Positions 1 to 6,474 of a stretch of DNA of 10,655 nt are shown here, one piece after another. The notes beneath the pieces were generated by a model. The model was not told the origin of the DNA, did not search any database, and saw nothing but the letters and a program-made list of their open reading frames with translations. The first letter of the stretch is position 1. Each line of letters starts with the position of its first letter. Source of the DNA: Candidatus Nanohalobium sp. (GTDB taxonomy: Archaea > Nanohalarchaeota > Nanosalinia > Nanosalinales > Nanosalinaceae); the NCBI GenBank assembly GCA_042217545.1, contig JBDGSM010000012.1:1-10655 (forward strand), written 5' to 3'. The position numbers were made by a program, and so were the translations under genes.

Positions 1-182
1 AATGCTCCTCCGCCTACGATGAATACGCCGGCGATGAGTAGGAGGCCTATGTTGGAGATTATCATGGGTGTTGTGAGGTTTCCTCTGTAGGCCTGTGTGA
101 GGAGGATTATGATTGCTGTTCCTGCTACTGCGAGGCCTACTGCGTTGCGGATTTCGCTGTCGTCTGAGAGGAAGTTTTTCAC
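1..182 (-). CDS. Small membrane protein, N-terminal part only (runs off the left edge of the window)
   Basis: Not in the ORF track because it is truncated. Manual translation from GTG at 182-180: MKNFLSDDSEIRNAVGLAVAGTAIIILLTQAYRGNLTTPMIISNIGLLLIAGVFIVGGGA... It has two hydrophobic segments and 60 codons with no stop. There is an upstream in-frame TGA at 236-234 and no ATG between it and the GTG. Strong codon periodicity (57/60 codons end in A/C). The start codon is uncertain. Confidence 0.7.
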   Translation of the reverse strand, partial: MKNFLSDDSEIRNAVGLAVAGTAIIILLTQAYRGNLTTPMIISNIGLLLIAGVFIVGGGA

Positions 183-242
183 GTTTTGTTTCTGGGAGTT
201 TTTCAGGGAAAAAGGCCTTTGATTAGATCTGGTTCAGACCTG

Positions 243-258
243 AAACAATTTTTTAAAT
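243..258 (+). promoter_or_regulatory. Archaeal BRE/TATA box for the FtsH-like gene (probably leaderless mRNA)
   Basis: AAACAA followed by TTTTTTAAAT. TTTAAA at 252-257 lies about 25 nt upstream of ATG 279, the spacing typical of leaderless haloarchaeal-type transcripts. Confidence 0.55.
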
Positions 259-278
259 GTTGTGACTATTGGATAACT

Positions 279-1736
279 ATGACAGAGGATGAGTATGGTA
301 GTTTGCCGGATCCGCTGGAACGTTCGAGTTACGAGGAGGTTTCTTCGGAGGATTTTGTAGGCCTTGAGCACACCCAGGAGTTTGTGGACAAGGTTGCTAC
401 GTATATGAATAATCTTGATTATTTCCAAGAGCATGATGCGGAGTTTCCGAGCGGTGTCGTGTTCGTCGGTAAACGTGGTACGGGAAAGACCATGATGTCG
501 CGTTATGCTGCGACCGAGACCGATGGTGCTTTCGTCGATGCCCAGCAGTTTGACTGGAACGATAGAAGTCCTACTCATGAGGTCGATGAGGTCTATGAGG
601 CCGCTACACAACATTACGAGGATACTGGAGAGCCTGTGATGCTTTTCCAGGACGAGTTCGATGATGTTTTCGATATTAACGGCCATGGTAAGAGCGATCA
701 GGCGACGAAGCTTATGCAACAGCTTTCCGGTGCTGAGGGTTCGAGTTCTCCAGGAGTGTTTTTCATGGGTACGGCCAACGAGATTCCTCCGGACAACGAT
801 GATTCGGGTCGTGCGCTTTTCAGGAAGGGCCGTCTTGAGGCCTATCACTTTGCGACTCCTTCACAGGAACAGAGACAGGATTTGATCGATCACTACGTCG
901 ATGAGAAATACGACAGCCATGATGTAGATGCCGAGGCTCTTTCTATGATGTTTAACGACGGTGCTACGCCGGCGGAGATCGAGGCCCTGGTCAACCAGGC
1001 CTATACCAACGCTGTTATGAGAGGCCTTGAAAACGGTGGCGGCGACCCTACAGTTACTACAGAGGATCTGGCCAGTGAACTGGTTCAGGATAGACTGAAG
1101 CAGAAAAACGATGTCACCCGTTCCGAGGAAGAGAGGGAAAAGACTGCGGTACATGAGGCCGGTCATTACCATGTGGCGGACGAGGTCGGTATCGGTACGC
1201 CTATCGTTACGATCGAACCCCAGATCGAGTCTCTGGGCCAGACATACCTTGTTGACCCGGATTCGAGCATGGATTTCAACAAGGCCCTGGATTATGGAGC
1301 AGCCATGGTAGGAGGATACGTCGCCGAGAGAAGAAACGGTTACGATCCTATGGGAGGCCTTGCCGGAGATCTCAAGAAACTTGATAACCTGGCCGGCCAG
1401 GCGGAAAAAGTCATGGATATAGACAGTTTCTACCAGACATATGTTGATGGTGATACGGATAGAAACGTAGAACCGGTTCTAAACCGTGATGAACTGGAAA
1501 AGATGCAGAGAAAAATGGGTATGGAAGACTCCGAGATGGAACAGATCTTAGGAACCCTTGATATACTCAACTCCGCGGACAGAGGAAAGATCCCTCTCGG
1601 AGCCGGTGCATTCAAGGCCTCGGCACTTCAGAGAGCAGACGAAATCCTCGAGGAAAAGGAATATTCAGGCCAGTTCCAACAGACCGTCGATACGCTTGTA
1701 GATGAAGAAACCGTTATGGGCCGGGAACTTCCGTAA
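279..1736 (+). CDS. Soluble FtsH-like AAA+ ATPase / peptidase M41 zinc metalloprotease lacking transmembrane helices (485 aa)
   Basis: Colinear with the cytoplasmic part of FtsH. EDFVGLE matches FxDVAG. Walker A PSGVVFVGKRGTGKT (GKRGTGKT at 468-491), Walker B MLFQDE, sensor-1 TAN, SRH ALFRKGRL, and GATPAEIEALVNQA matches GFSGADLANLVNEA. In the protease domain: TAVHEAGH (HEAGH at 1152-1166), VTIEP..SLGQT, GGYVAE, GLAGDL (third Zn ligand Asp, compare GASNDI), and C-terminal TLVDEETVMGRE matches ALLEKETLDGEE. Start moved from the track's TTG 186 to ATG 279 on TATA spacing and composition. Confidence 0.85.
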   Translation: MTEDEYGSLPDPLERSSYEEVSSEDFVGLEHTQEFVDKVATYMNNLDYFQEHDAEFPSGVVFVGKRGTGKTMMSRYAATETDGAFVDAQQFDWNDRSPTHEVDEVYEAATQHYEDTGEPVMLFQDEFDDVFDINGHGKSDQATKLMQQLSGAEGSSSPGVFFMGTANEIPPDNDDSGRALFRKGRLEAYHFATPSQEQRQDLIDHYVDEKYDSHDVDAEALSMMFNDGATPAEIEALVNQAYTNAVMRGLENGGGDPTVTTEDLASELVQDRLKQKNDVTRSEEEREKTAVHEAGHYHVADEVGIGTPIVTIEPQIESLGQTYLVDPDSSMDFNKALDYGAAMVGGYVAERRNGYDPMGGLAGDLKKLDNLAGQAEKVMDIDSFYQTYVDGDTDRNVEPVLNRDELEKMQRKMGMEDSEMEQILGTLDILNSADRGKIPLGAGAFKASALQRADEILEEKEYSGQFQQTVDTLVDEETVMGRELP

Positions 1737-1759
1737 AAAAACCACATCTGCTTTCAATC

Positions 1760-1769
1760 CCTTTTTTCT
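1760..1769 (+). terminator. Possible oligo-T terminator of the FtsH-like gene (may double as a promoter element for the next gene)
   Basis: T6 run at 1762-1767, 25 nt after TAA 1736 and 26-31 nt before GTG 1793. Confidence 0.3.
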
Positions 1770-1792
1770 AGATAACCTGTTAAACTGTTGTT

Positions 1793-2494
1793 GTGGACCA
1801 CGAAATCAAAGAATTTCTCCAAGTAAAAGAATCTTCGAGGGCGAAAAGGCCTAAACTGAGGTACAGTAAAGGCAGGTTTACAGCAGTCATTCCACAGGGC
1901 CTTGATATAAACGTGGATGAAGTAATCGAGGACAATCTTGAGTGGTTTGAGTCGTACATGAGTGAGGCCCGGAGGTACCGTGAGCAGGTTCCGGACAGGA
2001 GTTTCGAGAGAGGTGAAAAGTTCTCCGTTCTCGGCGATGTGAAGGAGGTCGTTGTCGAGAAGAGGAGGTCGAACAGAGTTGGCGATGATATCTTCCTGGC
2101 GGAGCATCTTGTAGCTCAGACCGGTCTGAAGGATCAACTGCAGAAAGCTCTGAGATCTTTTGCGAGAGACAAATTTGAGGAGAAGGCCTCCAGATACGTG
2201 GAGGAAATCGACGGGGATTTCGACAGGATCTTTGTCAGGGATCAGGAGACACGGTGGGGTTCGTGTTCGTCGAAGAACAACCTGAACTTCAACTGGCGTC
2301 TGGTTTTAGGGCCTGAGAAAGTGGTCGATTACGTTGTGGTACATGAACTGGTGCATCTCGAGATAGACGATCACGGCGAGGCCTTCCATGAAAGAGTTAC
2401 GGAGGTCCTACCTGAGGCCTCTGAAGCGAAGAAATGGCTGGAGGAGAACGGTGCCAGACTGGAGTTCCTGAACAGTCCACTGAAAAGACCATGA
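1793..2494 (+). CDS. YgjP/DUF45-family (SprT/M48-like) zinc-dependent hydrolase
   Basis: Family signature: SSRAKR N-terminal motif, then VRDQETRWGSCSSKNNLNFNWRLV...VVDYVVVHELVHL (HExxH at 2342-2356), then DHGEAFHERV, matching NHSxxFWxxV. GTG start. Confidence 0.9.
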   Translation: MDHEIKEFLQVKESSRAKRPKLRYSKGRFTAVIPQGLDINVDEVIEDNLEWFESYMSEARRYREQVPDRSFERGEKFSVLGDVKEVVVEKRRSNRVGDDIFLAEHLVAQTGLKDQLQKALRSFARDKFEEKASRYVEEIDGDFDRIFVRDQETRWGSCSSKNNLNFNWRLVLGPEKVVDYVVVHELVHLEIDDHGEAFHERVTEVLPEASEAKKWLEENGARLEFLNSPLKRP

Positions 2495-2528
2495 AAAACT
2501 TTAAATGTGTCACTAACAAATGGTAACA
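2493..2528 (+). promoter_or_regulatory. BRE/TATA box plus downstream imperfect inverted repeat for the 2531-6454 operon
   Basis: GAAAAAC followed by TTTAAAT (2500-2506), 25-31 nt upstream of ATG 2531. Then TGTCAC (2508-2513), 9 nt, GTAACA (2523-2528), an inverted repeat with one mismatch. Confidence 0.55.
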
Positions 2529-2530
2529 AT

Positions 2531-3877
2531 ATGACTGATCGGTTGAAGCACATCGGGGAACCTGTACTTACTCCCGATGTGGCTGACTGGGGTGGCAAAG
2601 GAGCCAATCTGATGGAGCTGGCGCAGTTCAACCAGGTTCCACCAGGCTTCGTAGTCAACTCTGAGGCCTATGACCGTTTCACCGATCAGCAGGAGATAAG
2701 GAACCTTGAATGGATAGACGAGGGAGACGTCGATATCGAATGGATTCAGTCCCATCCGGACACAGAACTCAGCGAGGTTCAGAACACTACCAGGGACGTT
2801 TTTCTGAACAATGAACTACCTGAGGCCTACAGGAACGAGATCGCTTCAGCAGTCCAGGAATACGATGGAGGAATGATGACCAGAAGCTCCGCGGTAAACG
2901 AGGACGGGGATGAGAACTCTGGCGCTGGAAGGCTGGAGAGCTTCGGGCCTCGTGAAGACGTACCAGGTATTCTTGACGGTACGAAGGAGGTCTTCGCTTC
3001 TGCCTTCGATGAGAAGGCGATAAACTACCTGATGGAGAACGACATGGACAGCTTCGGAGGAGTAGCTGTTGTGGTCCAGGAAGCCATCGACCCGCAGTTC
3101 GGAGGAGTCATCTACAGCTCAGATCCCAACGGAGACCCGAACGAGGTCTACATGGAGGTAAACGAGACTCCATGGCAGGTAGTAGACGACGATATCAGAG
3201 ATGTAATCCATGTGGATAAAGATGATATACCTTCGGGAAGAAGCGAGGGAGGCAGCTTCAGGCACAAGAACAACGAAAACCCTGAAGAAGGCCCTCTGGC
3301 AGATCCTGAACAGATAATGGAGGCCGCAGGAACAGCATCAGATATAGAGGACCTGTACGATTCACCTATGGACGTAGAGTTCGCTGTGGACCAGGGAGGT
3401 GAACTCTACATCCTGCAGGGAAGGCCTATCACGGTTGAAGGCTACGATCAGCCCGAGTTCGACATCCCTGGAGATATCAGATACGATCAGGACGATGTCC
3501 TTGCGGAGACAGGTATCGTGAGGAACGCTGGAGTACTTGAGGACGTTCCAGCGGTCGTAGTCGATGAGGCAGACTCCGGCGGAGGTTACCAGGCAGAAGG
3601 CGAGCTCGCAGATTACAACGATCAGTTTGATGACGGATACGTTGTCGTTACACCTGTGATGAACGAGGATATCGAGAACAGGACCGGGAACGCTCTAGGC
3701 CTTGTGGCGAGCGAGGGAGGGAAGACAAGCCACGCGTCGACGGTCGCGGATGAAAACGGTTTGCTTTACATGGGCGCTCTTGAATCACAGCCACAGGAAC
3801 ACCTGGAGCACGGAGACCCTGTCTACATGGCAGTCAACGGGCACGAAGGAGTCTTCTCGAGAGGTGAGAACTACTAG
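2531..3877 (+). CDS. PEP synthase/PPDK-like protein: N-terminal ATP-grasp (PEP/pyruvate-binding) domain + C-terminal phospho-histidine swivel domain, no TIM barrel (448 aa)
   Basis: ATP-grasp motifs: GGKGANL (from 2591), VPPGFVV, RSSAVNEDG..SGAGRLES, AVVVQEAI, GGVIYSSDP, MDVEFAV, LYILQGRPIT. Swivel-domain motif GLVASEGGKTSHASTVADENG with His at 3731-3733; the stop follows about 47 aa later. Start moved from GTG 2507 to ATG 2531 because 2507 directly abuts the TATA box. Confidence 0.85.
   Translation: MTDRLKHIGEPVLTPDVADWGGKGANLMELAQFNQVPPGFVVNSEAYDRFTDQQEIRNLEWIDEGDVDIEWIQSHPDTELSEVQNTTRDVFLNNELPEAYRNEIASAVQEYDGGMMTRSSAVNEDGDENSGAGRLESFGPREDVPGILDGTKEVFASAFDEKAINYLMENDMDSFGGVAVVVQEAIDPQFGGVIYSSDPNGDPNEVYMEVNETPWQVVDDDIRDVIHVDKDDIPSGRSEGGSFRHKNNENPEEGPLADPEQIMEAAGTASDIEDLYDSPMDVEFAVDQGGELYILQGRPITVEGYDQPEFDIPGDIRYDQDDVLAETGIVRNAGVLEDVPAVVVDEADSGGGYQAEGELADYNDQFDDGYVVVTPVMNEDIENRTGNALGLVASEGGKTSHASTVADENGLLYMGALESQPQEHLEHGDPVYMAVNGHEGVFSRGENY
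3861..3867 (+). promoter_or_regulatory. Shine-Dalgarno site for the 858-aa gene, inside the 3' end of the upstream CDS
   Basis: GAGGTGA (archaeal SD consensus GGAGGTGA) 10 nt upstream of ATG 3878; the stop and start abut as TAG-ATG. Confidence 0.7.
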
Positions 3878-6454
3878 ATGTCCGTTCAGGAAGTAAACGC
3901 ACCAGATACAGAGAACAGGGATCAGGAGGCTTACAGGCCTCGAAGCGCCGAAGATCTCGAGGAAGTGATCTCGAGGATGGAATCAGTGAGTTCCGAGGAC
4001 GAGATGGAGGCAGTCAGGGAGATCAGCGAACTTGTCGACGATGAGCTGCGTACGGGAGCGAACAGTGTAAACATCCATGCTGATGCACCTATCAGATCGT
4101 TGAACAATCCTGAGGAGAACACTGTCCTGATGGAGGATCAGGAGGGACAGGTAGTGGGGGAGGAATACTTTGTGGGGCAGAACCTGCCTGGTTTCCAGGA
4201 CGTGGGAAACATCAAGTGGTGGACGGTGATGGACGACGATTCCTACCGTGAGGAGACCAGAGGCGGTGGGAGAGAGCACCTACAGCTGAACAACGAGGGC
4301 GAAATACATGATTACAGGGTGGAGCTGGACGGTGAACCTCTGGAAGGCGATGAAGTTCAGAGGCTGGCGAGAAACCTGAGGATCAGATCACAGAGAGAAG
4401 TAACCACAGAGAACAGTATCCCGGAACACGTCCTCAGGTACGGTTCGAAGGAGGAAGTCCTGGAGAACGAGGACATGAGTGAGGAAGAGTACCAGAAGCA
4501 GCTGCGTGAGGCCCTGAACCACGGTTTCATCGACGAAGACGGCGATCTCACGTTGAAGGGATGGACGGTCGGAACCAACCTTAATGCGAGAGACCTTAGA
4601 CAGATCGACGACCTGAACCACGGGAACGACATCGTTGACTTCCAGGATGATTCGTTTACAGGCCTTGACCTGGAACCTGCACAGTTAGGTGCAAGAGCCC
4701 GCGTTGAATTCAGTAATGAATACCTGGGGGACTTCAGAACAGAGGCTGAAAGAGGTACGATAGACCTCCGTGAAGAGGAAAGGTTCCCCGAGGAAGTGCG
4801 TGAGTTCATGGAGGAGTACGGATGGGCCGGTTTCTCGACTGACGCCTCGCCACGTGAAAGGCAGGAGGTCAGTGAGGAGATCAGGTTATCGGAGTACCTC
4901 CGTGATATCGAGGACTCGGCTGTGAACGTGGAAGGAGATAGGTTGAGGATCAGAAACGATGATGTCAGCAACCGCATCTTCTCGAACCTCCACGACTCTG
5001 CTATCGATCACAGCGACGCGGACGTGAACGTCGCGGACTACGAGGTAAATGATTACGATGTCGATGTAGAGTTGATCAAGAGTGGCGATGACGACCCTAC
5101 AGGAGAGGAGGCGGAGACACCTGAAGAGCTGATCGAAGAGATAGAACAGATAGTATCGGATTCGATCGAGTTCGAATCAGGTTCAGAGCTGAAGGCCTCC
5201 ATCGGATACAGGGAGCTGGGAGGCGCCAGAAGAGACCAGATGGACCGTCTGTTCAGGTACGATGACGGCATGACCACCGACTTCAGCAAAGAGTTCAGTT
5301 ACAACTCCGTCGTCGACGCAGTGCTCTACACCAGGCACGGAGAAGAAATGGAGGAATTGAACGAGGGATACGATTCCGGGTTCGGTACTGTCATCCCTCA
5401 CTTCGACGACGCAAGCAGTTCACTCATGCAGACCGTTCAGGAATTAGAGGAATACGGTTTCATACAGACTGAGGAGGTTGTCGAGGAGAAGGCAAAGGTC
5501 AACATCACTGCGGACGAGCTCGAGTACAGGGAGGTCGTCGATACCCTTGAAGAACTGGACGAGGTCAACTTCACCAGAACCCAGAGGATGAGCTGGCTGG
5601 AAGAGAAGAACGAAAGAGTCGATCTCGGCGATATCAGGGCAGAGATGGAGATCGTCGACGGGAACGAAGAAGAGGTCGCTGAAAGACTTCAGGACTACAG
5701 GGACGAGATAATAGATAACTACCTGGCCGGTACGGAACGAGAGGTCAAGGATGAAAGGATCCCGCAGGCCAAGAACTTCATACACAACGAACTGGAGGCA
5801 GGAGGACTGGAAAAACTGCTGCAGAAAGTGACACCTCCAGTCAGGTACGAGGACAGGGAAGAAGTCATGGACTTCGAGGACTGGAGCCAGTACCTCCTAC
5901 ATCCAGCGACTGAAGACATGGAAGACACAACCTACGGCAAGAACGCCTCGAAGGAACTCCTTGATGAACTCGGAGAGATGTACGAGGAAGGCCTTATAGA
6001 CGGCGAAATGAAGTACAGGGAGGAATCAGACACAGAGCGCCACAGAGAAATGGTAGATCTCCCCGGAGAAGCCAGGATAGAGAATTACAGAGAGCTCGAC
6101 GAAGACACCAGAGAGGAGCTTGAAGAACTTGAAAGAGAGGGATTGATCAGCATAGACGAGACCCAGTACCATCTCGATATAGATACGAGAGGAGACGGCG
6201 AAGGATACATGGAGCCCGATGAGATCCTGAATATAAACATCGAAGGCGAGATACAGTCAGCAGAACTCGAGATGGAGGACACACCTGTGGAGCTAGAAGG
6301 AGAATACGATACGACAGGAGACACGACCTACAGGGCGAACGAACAACTGAGGGAGATCGCAGAGAATCTCGATCCTATGAACTTTGGTTCAAGGCCTTAC
6401 GAGGAAGTGACTGTTGAGACAGAGTTCGACTACGGACAGGAAGTACCTGTCTAG
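3878..6454 (+). CDS. Large hyper-acidic hypothetical protein with recurrent winged-helix-like L-x-x-L-x-x-x-G-[FL]-I motifs (858 aa)
   Basis: Long ORF with an SD and codon usage like its neighbours. About 30% D+E in the segments counted, about 17 Lys, no Cys. No signal peptide, TM helix or recognisable catalytic motif. Function unknown. Confidence 0.8.
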   Translation: MSVQEVNAPDTENRDQEAYRPRSAEDLEEVISRMESVSSEDEMEAVREISELVDDELRTGANSVNIHADAPIRSLNNPEENTVLMEDQEGQVVGEEYFVGQNLPGFQDVGNIKWWTVMDDDSYREETRGGGREHLQLNNEGEIHDYRVELDGEPLEGDEVQRLARNLRIRSQREVTTENSIPEHVLRYGSKEEVLENEDMSEEEYQKQLREALNHGFIDEDGDLTLKGWTVGTNLNARDLRQIDDLNHGNDIVDFQDDSFTGLDLEPAQLGARARVEFSNEYLGDFRTEAERGTIDLREEERFPEEVREFMEEYGWAGFSTDASPRERQEVSEEIRLSEYLRDIEDSAVNVEGDRLRIRNDDVSNRIFSNLHDSAIDHSDADVNVADYEVNDYDVDVELIKSGDDDPTGEEAETPEELIEEIEQIVSDSIEFESGSELKASIGYRELGGARRDQMDRLFRYDDGMTTDFSKEFSYNSVVDAVLYTRHGEEMEELNEGYDSGFGTVIPHFDDASSSLMQTVQELEEYGFIQTEEVVEEKAKVNITADELEYREVVDTLEELDEVNFTRTQRMSWLEEKNERVDLGDIRAEMEIVDGNEEEVAERLQDYRDEIIDNYLAGTEREVKDERIPQAKNFIHNELEAGGLEKLLQKVTPPVRYEDREEVMDFEDWSQYLLHPATEDMEDTTYGKNASKELLDELGEMYEEGLIDGEMKYREESDTERHREMVDLPGEARIENYRELDEDTREELEELEREGLISIDETQYHLDIDTRGDGEGYMEPDEILNINIEGEIQSAELEMEDTPVELEGEYDTTGDTTYRANEQLREIAENLDPMNFGSRPYEEVTVETEFDYGQEVPV

Positions 6455-6474
6455 AAAGAATAATGGCGAAATTT

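Noticed and set aside
186..278. N-terminal 31-aa extension of the AAA protease from TTG 186
   Set aside because: It spans the AT-rich divergent promoter and TATA box, and its basic, Cys-containing composition is unlike the rest of the protein. It is not a TM anchor. ATG 279 fits better.
234..1615. Antisense and alternate-frame ORFs over the protease gene (234-848, 661-885, 861-1172, 1111-1311, 1430-1615)
   Set aside because: Shadow ORFs of a well-supported gene; no motifs and non-halophilic composition.
2507..2530. GTG start at 2507 for the PPDK-like gene
   Set aside because: It directly abuts the TATA box, so it would lie upstream of the likely transcription start. ATG 2531 is preferred.
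2531..3877. Calling this gene ppsA/ppdK, rifampin phosphotransferase, or a pseudogene
   Set aside because: It has no pyruvate-binding barrel and no central rifampin-binding domain. No barrel remnant was recognised downstream, and the clean stop after the swivel domain with an SD-coupled next gene argues against simple decay.
3931..6324. Many Ser-rich minus-strand ORFs (e.g. 4357-4977, 206 aa)
   Set aside because: Expected antisense reading of GAR/GAY-rich acidic codons, which gives Ser/Leu/Phe-rich stop-poor frames.
3878..6454. S-layer/adhesin, SMC-like coiled-coil or helicase identity for the 858-aa protein
   Set aside because: No signal peptide, TM or PGF-CTERM anchor, no Thr/Ser-rich linker, no Walker motifs and no sustained heptad pattern.
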